Source of the DNA: Flaccisagitta enflata
Lineage: Eukaryota
Assembly (NCBI GenBank): GCA_965153355.1
Contig: OZ231126.1
Location: forward strand, 43,896,001 to 43,960,000
Length of the DNA: 64,000 nucleotides
Reading direction: 5' to 3'
How positions within the stretch are numbered: the first letter of the stretch is position 1; the number at the start of each line of letters is the position of its first letter. Of this stretch, positions 39,444-53,255 are shown in pieces. A program made the position numbers and the translations under genes. The notes under the pieces were generated by a model, which made no database searches, was not told the origin of the DNA, and saw only the letters and a list, made by a program, of their open reading frames with translations.

Positions 39444-41000
39444 GTGCTATGACGTTTTAGTCGCTCTCTAGATTTGCACGAAAGAAAAAAGCCTTTACTG
39501 TTCTTTGAGCGGATATTTTCAAAGTGACTAAAACGCGTCTCCCCGCTACCAGAACATGATATCAACCATAACAGATAACTCGGGGGGCGATGAAACGCCA
39601 GAAAAACCCCACTTCCGAAGAAAAAATGCACGGGGAGCCAACTGCTTATTCCGGGTGAAATTTCCCGGAAGTAAGAGCAAAAAGTGGGAAGTTAGCAGGA
39701 AGTGTGGGATAATGGCGGGAATTTGATGGGAAGTGTGAGAAAATGGTGGGAAATTAGCGGGAAGTTTGAAAAGTCAGCGGGAAGTATGATAAAACTGTCG
39801 GTATAGCTGCAAATACTTCCGAGAAAAGCAGAGCTACATTCCCGGTAGTCATGACAGCTCAGATTTGGCTGTGCGAGAGTTGGGGCAATGCCATCTCCGA
39901 TCTCAGTCAGCGCTGAAAGATTGATGTTATGATACCGAGCGGTTGTTGCGAGCTGTCACTGCCCAAGACAAAGTAAACAATTCAATTTGTTGTCACCATT
40001 AATTGGAATGATTTTGTTTTCAAAATTGAAAAAAAAAAACGTTTCTTTTTCACTCTTTCTCTTTTATTTTTTCTAATGTGCGAAGAAATAGCCGATAAAA
40101 GTCAACACGAACTCGGTGATCAAAAGTAGCATGTTTTGCTAAACAGCCGTGATAAGATATAAGATATCGAATAGTAAGCCAATATGATACAACAGTGAGT
40201 TAATATGAGCACACACATCCCATCGTGCCCTAAGGACGGGTGCCATTGCTGTCCGTTTAAGTGAGAAATGTGCGACGGGTCGCTGTCGCAGTTATGATTC
40301 TTTATGAATTTTTCACATGCCAACGCTCTATTCAAAGCGTTTTTCATTTTGAAACGAGGCGAACTGATGCTTTGTCACGGAATTTAGTATAGTTAAATCC
40401 CGTTTTAACGAATTCCACAGGACTTTTTAAATTATTTTTTGTTTGATTCGCAATTTTGTCAAAGACATCATGAAAAATAAGGGTAGAAAATGTTATGAAG
40501 GACATACGACATTCTTTTATCATTTGATTCATAGGAAGGGCATCGCTACCTGTGGGTCTGTTGCGTCAGAGTGAGATAAGACGGTACAGAATTTCTCCGC
40601 CAACGATTCCGGTTGGCATAACCGCCTAAATCATTAGTAAGGGCGCGGGCGGGATGATTATCAGTTAACCGGCTATTTGTTTTGTTTTGTTTTTTGGTAT
40701 GATGATACATAAGAATTATATAAGTTCTTCAAAAATACGAAAATGCATTCATTCTCTAAGATGAATAAGATTTTTCATAGTTTCTTCCTTTCAATTTTCT
40801 CACCTTTTTGTTTGTACAGCCTGTATTGTTTCTTTTTTTCATGCTTGTCAACTCATGAGTTTGACAACCCGCTAGTTGTCAAATCGTATCAGCAATTTTG
40901 CTAAAAGAAAAAAAAATGCCAGTCGCAGATGGGATTTGATTGTCAAAAACGAATATCGGAAAACAATCACAGATTTTTAGTTGTTGCTCTTCTTGTGAGG

Positions 41001-41045
<45 letters not shown>

Positions 41046-43067
41046 CAGAAAGACAGAGAGAAACAGAAAGTCAGAGAGAAAAAAAATACGCACACAAGCA
41101 GACAGTATGTACATTGTACATATACAGAGGCAGAACATAAACGCCCGGTGGATGAGAGAGGTTGACTCGGCGGCGGCAAAAAAACAAAAACAAAAACAAA
41201 AACAAAAGCAAAAAAACAATGAATGCCCGATGCAACTTGTGATGGGTTGAAAGGCAGATAGACAAGGCCGGATGGACGACCAAGTCGCCAAGTCGCTAAG
41301 AGTTTGGCAGAGACAGAAGAAAACGGTCAGTTTTGCGTCATCCAAAAATCCAAGAACCCGCTAAGAGTGCGGCTACATCCTCGGATGGACAGTCGAAAAA
41401 ATAAGGCCAATAAGGCCAATAGGGTGCGACGTGTTGATAGTCAAAACTGACTTAACGGCAATTCGAAGTAAAACGCCGAATACACGGTGAATAAGTAGTC
41501 CTTCGCGGATGGCCAGAGGCAGTGATATCAGAGGGCAGGGTCAGTAATGCTAAGAGATTACGGCAACATGGGCTGATTTCGCGTCATCCAAAATGTTTCA
41601 TTAACCACCGCCCGACCGTTTGACGGACGAAAGCACTCTTTTAAGCGACTTGCTCGGTCGGGCGAGTGGGCGGCGACCCGCATGATTTTTAAAGAGGCGT
41701 AACGCCTAACGGATTACGTACGGACGGACTGATGGACGGACAGACCCTCTTATGAAGATGCGATTGCGCGTTAAACAAGCTCAGGCGGGCAACTCGATGC
41801 GTCATCTGAGTGATATTAGAAGAGGCGTAACGGACGGACGGACGGATGGACGGACAGACCCTCTTATAGAGATGCGATGACGCATCTAAAAAGGGAAGCA
41901 AATAGTCTAGAAGAGACCATCGACCGGCAGTAAAGCGGATGAGTTTCGAAGCGAGAGGCCGTTCACTCGCCATCTCATTCCACAATCCACATTCATGTTT
42001 CATTGAAATGGAGGTTAATACAGGATTTCAAAAGCGATAAATTGTTGTTAACCAACATCCGCAATGACAACTTCATGATGAAACAATGTTTCAAAATGTT
42101 ACTTAAGATATGTTAACAGTATCATTTGGTTGTTTTCAGAGCGGTATCATCGTATAACATTGAGTAAAACAAGGCCGGAAACACGGCTACCCCAGTCGCG
42201 TGCGGGTGGGAGGAGCCATACTTGAGGTCACTTGATCATTTGGACAGGAGCAGTGAGGCCAAAGACCGCAAAAAAAAAGAAAAAAGTAAAGTGTGACGGA
42301 CAGATGGACCGACGAAACGACGGACCGACAAAGCGGGGTGTAGAGTTGCATAGCACGCGACTAAAAAGTCCATTTTTCCCCACTGGTAGGGGGTGATGGG
42401 ACTGGCGAGGTAATATAATGGCTAACCACGGGTAAAACGGGTCACCCACTTTATTCGGCCATAGTGTTAATTTCAGTAAAATTTCTATTTTCATCCAAAA
42501 CTAGATAGTAGATACACTAAACCTTCCTTTTCCTTAATTTTGCTCAGATTCTTGGAATAAAGTGGGTGACCCATTTTACCCCAGGTGACCCGTTTTTACC
42601 CCCACGCCTACCCTAGTTATTGCAATGTGGCAAACAAACGGCCACAACCACGACATCTAATTTACATTTTCGCATCTGTGGTAAAACCCCAGCCCCCGAA
42701 TAACGTCTAACCTCACATTAATGATTTTTCGATACCATTAAAGTAGCAAAAACAAAATCACACCCACAAGATCTGCATGTTGTCCCCAGTTCATATTTCA
42801 TTAAACGTGACCTATGATTTTGCGCTGGTGGTTAAAGTGGCAAACAAACGGCCGCGACCTCCACATGCGTTCCATCATACTTGACAAGTCAACACAGCCG
42901 CCAGCAGGCAGCCACAGATTGTATCGAAACCGAATCAAAGGCTAAGGCTAAGTCCAATCTTCAACCGTCTGGAAAGGGGAAAAGGGGAAAGGATCGTGCG
43001 GATATTTGGGGTATCAGAATGAGTGGTTGGGGTAACGTCGTTTTTGGGCAGCGACCCCGTGGGACCC

Positions 43068-43260
<193 letters not shown>

Positions 43261-43557
43261 TTCCTATTGTTGTAGATAATGTTATTGTCAAATCCCAGCC
43301 GTGAGGCCTAAATCTAAGTCTCAAGGTTCATATCCCAGCCTAAAGGATGAGATATGAGCCTCAAGGCTGGAATTTGGGCCTTTTTTTTTTTTGAGGCTAG
43401 GATTTGCCCTTCTTCCCCTTCAACTTCAAGCACAACCTATTAGGGCAGGGCACGGGTACCGCTGACCATCTAACGCTTTTGCGACTATTCATATAGTTGT
43501 TGCTGATAGTAGTTATACTGTTTTAAATGCTGTTGTTTCTGATGTTAATTCATTCAG

Positions 43558-43624
43558 GTGACACGGATTGGATATTTTGGAGGGGAATGAAATACGGAAA
43601 CTACGTCAATGAAACGCGATTCAC
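43558..43624 (+). CDS. Exon 3: middle of Ig domain (SDTDWIFWRGMKYGNYVNETRFT)
   Basis: TTCAG acceptor, AC|GTGAGA donor. The 67-nt exon bridges phase 1 to phase 2 exactly and supplies the RF motif of Ig strand D. Not in the ORF track. Confidence 0.8.
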
Positions 43625-44047
43625 GTGAGATATGCAAAAAAAATATCCAAGCGAGAGAGAAAATGATGAAAGTAAATATGAAAAATAACCGACAGACCTC
43701 CAGAAAGATAGCAAGACAAACAAACAAACAAACAGACGGGAGGAGAAAAAATTCATACTTTTCTCCCCCATTCCATCTTTGCCAAGTGACGGATACACGG
43801 CCCCTGAATCGTGGAAAATTAATTTAACAAAGCCGGATATGCTCTCTTTCCATTGACATCATACCTTTTAACCCTACTCTTTCTCATGTATATAACAGTT
43901 ATGCCCTCTCCACTCCAACCCCTTCTTCTGCCCTTTCATGTTTCTTAACAGTAATGGCGGCTGTCGCCGTGAGGAAAAAAGTCGTAAGCTTTGATCCCTT
44001 TTCACCAAACTTTTGTCTTCAGTCACTGCAAATCTCTTTGTTTGTTA

Positions 44048-44648
44048 CAGTGGGGTTCGTGGAATAACAGCCTAAACTGGAGGAAGGTATTTAAGTGTCT
44101 TATTTTCATTTGATAAACTTGATATTTAAAATATAAGTTGTTCACTCAATGCTTTTGTCCCTGAGTTTTTCGGTTGCTATGGAAACCAAAATTATTTCTT
44201 TAAATATTTATAACCACTAAAACATCAATATTTTGAGAAATATTATCAGGGAACATTGCTCAAAATTTAATTTGCTACAATTTTCCCACAGTATGTTCTG
44301 TAAGAATATTGCTTGTTTGGCCGTTGCTAGGGGCATCACACCTAGCAACCGCTAAATGATGCTCCCTAGCAACGGCTAAACGAGCGATATTCTTACAGGA
44401 CATACTGTGGGAAAGTTGTAGCAAATTTAATTTTGAGCAATGTTCCCTGATAATATTTGTCAAAATATCAATATTCTAGTTATTATGAATGTTTAAAAAA
44501 ATAATTTTGGTTTCCATAGCAACCAAAAAACTCAGGGACAAAAGCATCGAGTGAACAACTTATATTTCAAATATCAAGTTTGTTAAATGAAATCAAGACA
44601 CTTAAATACCTTCCTCCAGTTTAGGCTGTTATTCCACGAACCCCACTG
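44048..44648. mobile_element. Second copy of the palindromic CAGTGGGG MITE, opposite orientation
   Basis: Same TIRs and TA TSD; central spacer is the reverse complement of that in 5866-6467. Confidence 0.93.
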
Positions 44649-46060
44649 TAGATCAAATCAAAAGCAATTGTATGTATTGATTGCACTAAAAATCAGAGAA
44701 AAATAGGACTGCGCCAAATGAGTTAGATGAGCTAAAATGCTCAAAATCACTCAACCAGATAACCAGCTATGCTCACTGACATGCTTTCTTGTATTTACAC
44801 ATCACATCAAAACATTTATTTATTTCTCCCAGAAAAAAAAAGACTGAGCTAAATGAGCTAAGTGAGCTAGAATACTTAAAAACACCCTCGGAGATGAGCA
44901 GCTATGCTCTGGGACGTGCTTTTTTGTATCTGCTTGCTTAAACATGTATCAAAATATTTATTCATTTATAGCATTTGAAATCAGAAAAAAATACTGAGCT
45001 AAATGAGCTAGAATGCTCAAAAACACCCTCACAGATGAGCAGTTATGCTCATAAACATATTTCTTGTATTTGCATGCATAAATATCTGCAAGCAAATCCT
45101 CTTCCTCCTTTTAAAACCATTATGTCGGTCGGTCGGTCGCGTCGGTTGGTCAGTCACCATTTTCTTTTTGAGTGTATTCGGGCGAATTTTGCATTACTGC
45201 TCCTGCCCAAATGCTTGAAATAGTTTTTTATATCACTGCTCCTGCCCACCGCACGCAACTTTGGTAGCCGTGTATCCGGCCTTGTTTTTCTTTCAACCAG
45301 TCTTTAAAAACTCAAACCATTCTCAATGATTTATCATGAACATATGACGCACTGAAAATTACCGTAGAATTAGCTACCCAAGCCAGATGAATTTTGATTT
45401 TCATAACATCAATTTTGATAAAGTTTTTTGCTTGTGTGTGATCAATTAACATATGAATAGATATATTTTGCATGAAAAAACTTTAACAAGTCAGTTCAAG
45501 TCTTGAGTCATGAATTTTGTGGTAAAAAAACAGACAAAATCATGGAAAATCTCACTTTGTTATTGAACCATGACTTATACAGAATTCCAAATTTGCATAG
45601 AAACCAAAATCTCAAAAAAATAAGACCATAGCGCGATCCCCAACTCAGTTACTGATCGCGCTATGTTCTTATTTCATGGAAATTTTGATTTTCTGTGCAA
45701 ATTTGAAATTCTGTGTGAGCTCAAAATAAATCGATTGTCGCTAATTTCTTCACTTTTTCTTAACTTCATGGTCAAATTTCTTTCGTTCCTTTTTCCCATT
45801 TTATCATTTATCAATGAAATACCATTTCTCTTATGTAATTAAACAAACTAAAGTTTGAAAAAAAAAAGCAGATATTGATGAAATAGAATTGTTAATGTAA
45901 TTGATTCGTTTGTCCTGCGAGTAAATTCCTCTATCTTAAGTTTCATTCAAATTTTTTTCTACAAGATTTAAAGAGCTGGCAAAGGACTGACAATTTGGAT
46001 ATTTCTAGACATGCGTCCCTCATGTTTCATCATGTCCCCTGTTCCATCTACCTTTATCAG

Positions 46061-46281
46061 TTTCGCCACGTGGCATGACAAGAGTTGGGAGATTTTCCAG
46101 ATCCGCGACGTTCGACTTTCCGACGCCGGCGATTACATTTGTCACGTGACATCAGAACCCTCCATTGACTTGAAAAATCATCTCACCGTGTTGCCGAGAC
46201 CCACCACCACCACCACCTCCACTACTACCACCGCAGCGACAACCACCACAACCGCAACGACAATGACAGCCACGACAACAG
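46061..46281 (+). CDS. Exon 4: C-terminal half of Ig domain (IRDVRLSDAGDYICHV) and Thr-rich mucin-like stalk
   Basis: TTATCAG acceptor, CAG|GTGAGC donor. Canonical D.G.Y.C Ig motif followed by poly-Thr. Confidence 0.92.
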
Positions 46282-46733
46282 GTGAGCCGCGGGGAAATGA
46301 TAGCGACAAATGAAACCAGTGGCTGTCGCCAATACTGTGGATCGCGATGTTTAATTTAATTCTTTCTATTTCCATTTTCATTTTTCATTTTTTTTTTCAC
46401 TTTTCACCTTTTACTTTTTATTTTTCAGATTTTATTTTTCTCTTTATACCCTTTATTTTTCACTTTTCACTTTTTCAGTTTCACTTTTTATTTTTCATTT
46501 TTTATTACATATATTTACTTTTTATTTGGCACTTTTCATCTTTCTTTTTTTTTCTTTCTTTTTTTCAATTTAATATATTTTTCAACTGTAATCACAATAT
46601 TTATTTAAATATAAAAAATTTTGATTAAAATTTAAATAAGATAAAAAAAAATAAAAAAAGGCCCAACTATAAGTGAATTGCGAAAATTAGTGAACATATC
46701 AAGCTTTGTGGTATTTGATAGCTGAAAATGTTG

Positions 46734-46866
<133 letters not shown>

Positions 46867-46943
46867 CTTTCTTTTCTTCAGTATCATCAACCTATCTTTG
46901 GTTGGTTTAAATCAGGCTCATCACTTACACAACTACTCTCTCT

Positions 46944-47003
<60 letters not shown>

Positions 47004-47139
47004 TCTCTCCCTTTCTCTCTAGCAAAAAGTGAGGACACATTTATAGTTGAAAAAAATTCAATTAGTGGGAAGAAAACAAAAAGCGAATTGAGAAAGATTT
47101 TGAGACATCTGATGACAAAAAAAAACTAACTTAAATAAA

Positions 47140-48530
47140 AGACTATGGAGAGGATATTCTTGAGATAAACAAAATACAGAATATGATAAGTGGTGAGGAT
47201 GCAAGAAACAAAGGATTTGCAAAGAGATATGTGGAGATACCTAGAAAAAATAAATACAAACAAAAGATTAAGGTGTAGACACATTCTTGGGATGAAAAAA
47301 ACTCATAGATGGGAAAAAAAAGGTGAGAATGTAAAAACAAAAGATTTACAAAGCGATATATGGAGACATCTTGAAAAAAAAAATAACAGAAACAAAGGAC
47401 TAAGGTGAGGACACATTCTTGAGATTAAAAAAAATTACAGAATATGATAAGAAAAAAAAGGTGAGGATACAAAACAAAAGATTTATAAGGAGATATATAG
47501 AGACATCTTGAGAGAAAAAATAACAAAAACAAAATACTAAGGTGAGCACACAATCTTGAGATGAAAAAAAGAATACAGAATAAAGAAGAAAGAAGAAAAC
47601 GAAAAGGTGAGCACGCAAAATAATAAAAAAAGACTAACACAAACAAAAGACTAAGGTATATGTGGAGACATCTGGAGTGAAAAAAGTAACAAAAACAAAA
47701 GACTAAGGTGAGCACACAATCTTGAGATGAAAAAAAAAATACAGAAGAAAGAAGAAAATGAAAAGGTGAGCACGCAAAATGATAAAAAAAAGACTAACAT
47801 TAACAAAAGACTAAGATATAAAAAGAGACATCTTGAGAGCAAAAAATTACAAAAACAAAAGACTAAGGTGAGCACACAATCTTGAGATCTAAAAAAAATA
47901 CAGAATAAAGAAGAAAAGAAAATGAAAAGGTGAGCACGCAAAATAATGAAAAAAAGACTAACACAAACAAAAGACTAAGGTATATATGGAGACATCTTGA
48001 GAGAAAAAAATAACAAAAACAAAAGACTAAGGTGAGCACACAATCTTGAGATGAAAAAAAAAATACAGAAGAAAATAAGAAAATGAAAAGGTGAGCACGC
48101 AAAATGATAAAAAAAGACTAAGATTAACAAAAGACTAAGGTATATAAAGAGACATCTTGAGAGAAAAAAAATTACTAAAACAAAAGACTAAGGTGAGCAC
48201 ACAATCTTGAGATGAAAAAAAATACAGAATAAAGAAGAAAAGAAAAAGAATAGGTGAGCACGCAAAATAATGAAAAAAGACTAACACAAACAAAAGACTT
48301 AGGTATATATGGAGACATCTTGAGAGAAAGAAATAACAAAAACAAAAGACTAAGGTGAGCACACAATCTTGAGATGAAAAAAAAAATACAGAAGAAAGAA
48401 GAAAACTTGAGAGAGAAAAAATAACACAAACAAAAGACTAAGGTGAGCACACAATCATGAGATAAAAAAAAACAGAATGAAGAAGATAGAAGAAAAAGAA
48501 AAGGTGAGCACGCAAAATAAGAAAAAAAAA
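47140..48530. repeat. Complex satellite, period about 160-166 bp with about 55-bp subunits
   Basis: AAGGTGAGCACACAATCTTGAGAT recurs near 47539, 47705, 47865, 48029, 48190, 48352. Confidence 0.9.
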
Positions 48531-48547
48531 AAGAAAAACTTTCCCAG

Positions 48548-48729
48548 GACTAAGTGGATCTGGCGATCCACAATTATCCATGACTGAGTGGGAAGGTGCG
48601 CAATGCAACGGCAGTTACAGAGAAAAGGCCCATGAATATTCATTCATCAACGGCATCGTCAATAAAAAGGAAAACGTATTTGAATATCGTTACCCCTGTC
48701 TTTCCAAGATACGCCGCTACATTAGATTA
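48548..48729 (+). CDS. Candidate exon 5 (GLSGSGDPQLSMTEWEGAQCNGSYREKAHEYSFINGIVNKKENVFEYRYPCLSKIRRYIRL), no recognised domain
   Basis: CTTTCCCAG acceptor, TTA|GTAAGA donor, 60 open codons. Converts phase 1 to phase 0 as required between exons 4 and 6. Confidence 0.55.
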
Positions 48730-48794
48730 GTAAGATAAGAACCGGACAATCAAGGAAGTTTATGGGCTAGTCGTAGCCTTGTCTTAGACCTATA

Positions 48795-49323
48795 CAGTCA
48801 GCGGACAAAACACAATAGGTATATATATATCACTCCGTTGGTTTTGATTCAACTCACTGATGCTGAACAGAATGCTGTAAACAACAACTGGTTGTTGAAA
48901 TTACAGCCGGCTGTTAAGTTACAAAGTTGGCAAAAATCCAACTTTCACCAAATAGAATGAGACCTGCAGATTCATAATCCTGATGAAATTCTGGGAAGTT
49001 TGATATGTCACAATATATACTTTTATATAAAAACAAAAATTTTTATCAATGTTTAATTTAATTATAATGCAATATCAAAAAAATTATTTCTTACAAAAAG
49101 TGTTAAGTGTGACATATCAAATTTTTCAGAATTTCATCAGAATTATGAATCTGCAGGTCTCATTCTATTTGGTGAAAGTTGGATTTTTGCCAACTTTGTA
49201 ACTTAACAGCCGGCTGTAATTTCAACAACCAGTTGTTGTTTACAGCATTCTGTTCAACATCAGTAGGTTGGATCAAAACCAACGGAGTGATATATATACC
49301 TATTGTGTTTTGTCCGCTGACTG
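48795..49323. mobile_element. 529-bp palindromic MITE, CAGTCAGCGG termini, TA TSD
   Basis: Near-perfect arms over almost the full length. Confidence 0.92.
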
Positions 49324-49461
49324 TATATGGGCCAGCCGATATGACAGGAGCTCCTTTCGTCTCATCCCCAAATTCCTGTCCAGTGCCCATTAGTATGGGG
49401 GTAGGAGGCGGGGGACTGATTTCTAGATTGAACTAGGGCCCATAATTCCTGGATACATGGA

Positions 49462-50112
49462 GATTAGCTTGTAACGAAATGACAATAAACAATAAAATCA
49501 GAATTCTACAAGTAGTTCTTGTTGTGGGGCTGTCTTGGGCTTCTAATGACATCAATTGCAGTTTGAAAATTTTGCATCTTGCTGGCCGCGCCTTACCTTG
49601 AAATTTCCTTTAGCCTATAGGAAACCAAAAAATTCAAGTTACTAAAATCCCATTTTTGACTGCATATTTGAAATCTGCATGAAAAACTGATAATTGAAAG
49701 TGCTTTTCTTTTTTCAAAATTCCCTCGGGATCATAGTCAAAATTCATCTTGAAGATATGACAAAAAGGTAAGTTCGGCGATTTTACAAAGAAATTAAAGA
49801 GAAAGGTAAGTTTTGCAAACTTCAACGCTTATTTTAAGCACCTTCTAGTTGGAATTTTGAAAAAAGGAAAGCACTTTCAATTAACAGTTTTTTCTGCAGA
49901 TTTCAAATCTGCAGTCAAAACAATGATTTAAGCACTTTGAAATTTTTGGTTCCTCATAGAGGTAGGTTTTACCAAGGGTAAGACGCGGAAAGCTTAAAGT
50001 AGGATTTAAGTGGCAAAACTGATCTTAACAGGAGCCCAAGACAGCCCCACAGCATAAAGTGCATGTAGAATACCAAATTTATCACTTTTTGTAATTTAGG
50101 TACAAGCTAATG
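49462..50112. mobile_element. Older foldback element with degenerate long arms
   Basis: TGTGGGGCTGTCTTGGGCT / AGCCCAAGACAGCCCCACA and TTTTGACTGCA.ATTTGAAATCTGCA / TGCAGATTTCAAATCTGCAGTCAAAA; ends approximate. Confidence 0.7.
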
Positions 50113-50536
50113 GAGATGGAACATCACCGGGATATAAATAGTTCTTTTGAAAATCCTACTAAACCCTGCCTTGATTCAGGGGATGAATGTAGAAATAAAG
50201 AAATGGAAGGACGAAACGGCATATAGCTCAATGGTCAGCGCTAAAAATAGGAATTTGTGAGCATTCGCCACGGAATCGCTGACCTCGGCCAAAACAGTCG
50301 CCGATCATAATCCCTGTTTAAAGCGTGTTCCTTGTTCGCCCTCTCACAGGCCGAGACACGACCGTCTACTATTCCCCCTCTCTCCAACACTCAACCGAAA
50401 GGTCAGTCACACTCGAGTCATAAAAAACATGGAATAGACCATCAAATAAAGTACAAATGATTCCCCAGCTAAGCAAGAGTCTAAAACATTTCTCATTGGC
50501 GAAGGGGATATTCCTACAAATAGAGATCTAGATTCA

Positions 50537-50911
50537 CAGTCAGTGGTCAAAACAATAGTTTATGTTATATCTATTGTAAGCTTTAATTCAACATTTTTTT
50601 ATGATTTAAAATATAGATTATATAATGGATAAGATACTTCTTGTGTAAATAGCAAACCATTGATGCTGATTTAAATATTTAATATCAAACTCAACCTTTG
50701 TATTAAAAAATCAAGTGAATGAAATAACTCAAATTAACAATCACACCAAAATTTGATTTTTTTGAAGTAAATTATAACTTGCAGATTTTCATTCTACACT
50801 GTCATTTTCATTCACTTGATCTTTTAATACAGAGATTGAGTTTGATGTCAAATATTTAAATCAGCGTCAATGGTTTGCTATTTACACAAGAAGTATTTTG
50901 TCCACTGACTG
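50537..50911. mobile_element. Foldback MITE, CAGTCAGTGG termini (related to 48795-49323)
   Basis: Termini CAGTCAGTGG / CCACTGACTG and long internal inverted arms; TSD degraded. Confidence 0.7.
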
Positions 50912-51451
50912 TTGAGCAATGAAGGCTTCATTGAAGGGATGACCATAGAGTGAGTTCTATTTGTAGCGATGACAGATGAGGACACTCATATGGGGTAATA
51001 TTTTGAAGTTTTGAAATGTAAATGTGGTAATTGGATAAGGCTGTTGAGTCACAGGAACTCACACGATGAGCGTGTTTTTTCGTCTATTTACAGCTCAGCG
51101 AGAGTGACCAGCTCATATTCTGCCATACCATCATCAGTGAATCCAACTTATGGGGTGACAGGTTCGTATGTGAACTAGGTAGATCACTAAGATCAGTGAC
51201 GATTGAGTTAACAAGGCAGGATACACGGCTACCTTAGTCGCTTGCGGGTGGGCAGGGGCGGCGAAAAAAAGCTAAGCGTCACGGACCGACCGACCGACCG
51301 AAAGACGGACAGAGCGGGTTGTAGAGTCGCGTGCACGCGACTGAAAATTGTGAAAACCCGCATTTCTTACCTCCCCCACCTTCCGTCTCCTTGCCCGGGC
51401 TACTTTTTTCTTCCTCCCTGTTTCGTCTATTTTTATCTCTCTCTCTCTTTT

Positions 51452-51510
<59 letters not shown>

Positions 51511-52489
51511 CTCTTTCTTTCTTTTCTTTTCTTTTTTTTTTCCTTTTTTTGTCACCTGCGCGCGATTCTATGCCTCTTTTCGGTCAGTCGCGACTAGTCG
51601 GTCCGTCACATTTTTCAATAAGTGTAATGGGCCGATTTTTAACACTAAACGAGACTATTACAATTTTTTTTGCCCTGGACCCTCCCTCAATCTTAATCAC
51701 ATACTACTCCAGCAGGGCACGGGTACCGCTGACCATCTGATGCTTTTGCAACTATTCTATTTGTTACTTCGATTCTCTCTCTCCATTTTTCCATCAGTAC
51801 TACTTACAAACTATCAAATTTAGATTTTTTTATTTTCTTTTCTATTTTTTTATAAAATTGCTCATAGATTTGAAAATATCTCTGTTAGTGAAGGATTTTG
51901 CTTTTCAAAAAAAGAGAGGGGAGGGCGCGTGATTAGGGGAAATACGGTAAATAAAGTTCTATCAGTATATCTACGCAATTATCTTTCTTGCTATCTTTTG
52001 ACGTTGATTGATGGAATGATGGACAGATAGATGGACTAATAGGTGGACAGACACGAACCAGTGGGAGTTAATGTAGCGCGGAAAACATGATCAGCTGTCG
52101 CTTTTTACGGAATTATAACAGATGTTTGCCAAATTTGGAAGGCCCATATTCCCTCACTTTCATGGGCATGAATACCTGTTTCGCAGATACATAAAGTATC
52201 AATTCAAAGAACATAGTCGGGGAAAAAGTCGAAGTCAGTCTTCGACTTTTTGACACATTCGAGAGAAAAAGGGTTTTCATTTTCTTATTAGGAAGTTGGG
52301 GATCTCCTAGGGCTGATTGCACCCTCAGACAAAATTGATAGGGTAAGTAAATTTGATAATTCTCTTTCATTTGGCGCCAAGCAGAATGCTCTATGACAAA
52401 TATTTTTTGCGTTATGATTTTTTAAAGATTTATTTATGAAATTGCGAATTGAATTTTTTTCGATTATTTATGATTTTGAGTAGGATCAA

Positions 52490-53047
52490 AAAAAGAGTGT
52501 ATTTATGTTTGTTTGAGCGTGCAAATACAAGAAAACATGTTTATGAGCATAGCTGCTCATCTGTGAGGGTGTTTTGGAGGATTCTAACTCATTTAGCTCA
52601 GTTTTTTTTTTATTTTAAATGTGATAAATGAATAGATATTTTGATACATGTTTAAGAAAGCAGATACAAAAAAGCATATCAGTGAGCAAAATAGCTCATC
52701 TGTGAGGGTGTTTTTAAGCATTTTAGCTCACTTAGCTTATTTAGCTCAGTATTTTTTTTTCTGATTTTTAATGGGATAAATAAATGTTTTGATGGGAGCA
52801 TGTAAATTCAAGAAAGCATGTCAGTGAGCATAGCTGATTGTCTGGTTGAGTGATTTTGAGCATTTTAACTCATCTAGCTCATTTGGCTCAGTCCTATTTT
52901 TCTCTGATTTTCAGTGCAATCAATACATACAATTGCTCTTGATTTGATCTAATAAAAAAAAAAATGCAGTGACTAAAGACAAAAACTTGGTGAAAAGTGC
53001 CCAATGTTTACGACTGTTTTCCTCACGGCGACAGTCGCTATTACTGG
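52490..53047 (-). repeat. Interspersed repeat, inverted paralog of 43950-45090
   Basis: Reverse complement matches 43950-44047 joined to 44651-45090. Confidence 0.85.
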
Positions 53048-53149
53048 TAAATAATTTTTCATCTCAATTCTGAGTTTTTTCTTCATTTTCTTGAATTCTT
53101 CTCCTTTTTATCGTCTCTTTTTCAGTATTTCAGTCCAAACCAAGTACAG

Positions 53150-53255
<106 letters not shown>

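Noticed and set aside
47140-48530. Regularly spaced repeats resembling a CRISPR array
   Set aside because: The intervening segments are themselves repeated, the context is a eukaryotic intron, and no cas genes are present. It is a satellite.
50180-51160. Possible extra exons near 50180-50255 and 51093-51160
   Set aside because: Plausible splice sites and open frames, but I could not build a phase-consistent path to exon 6 and there is no domain support.
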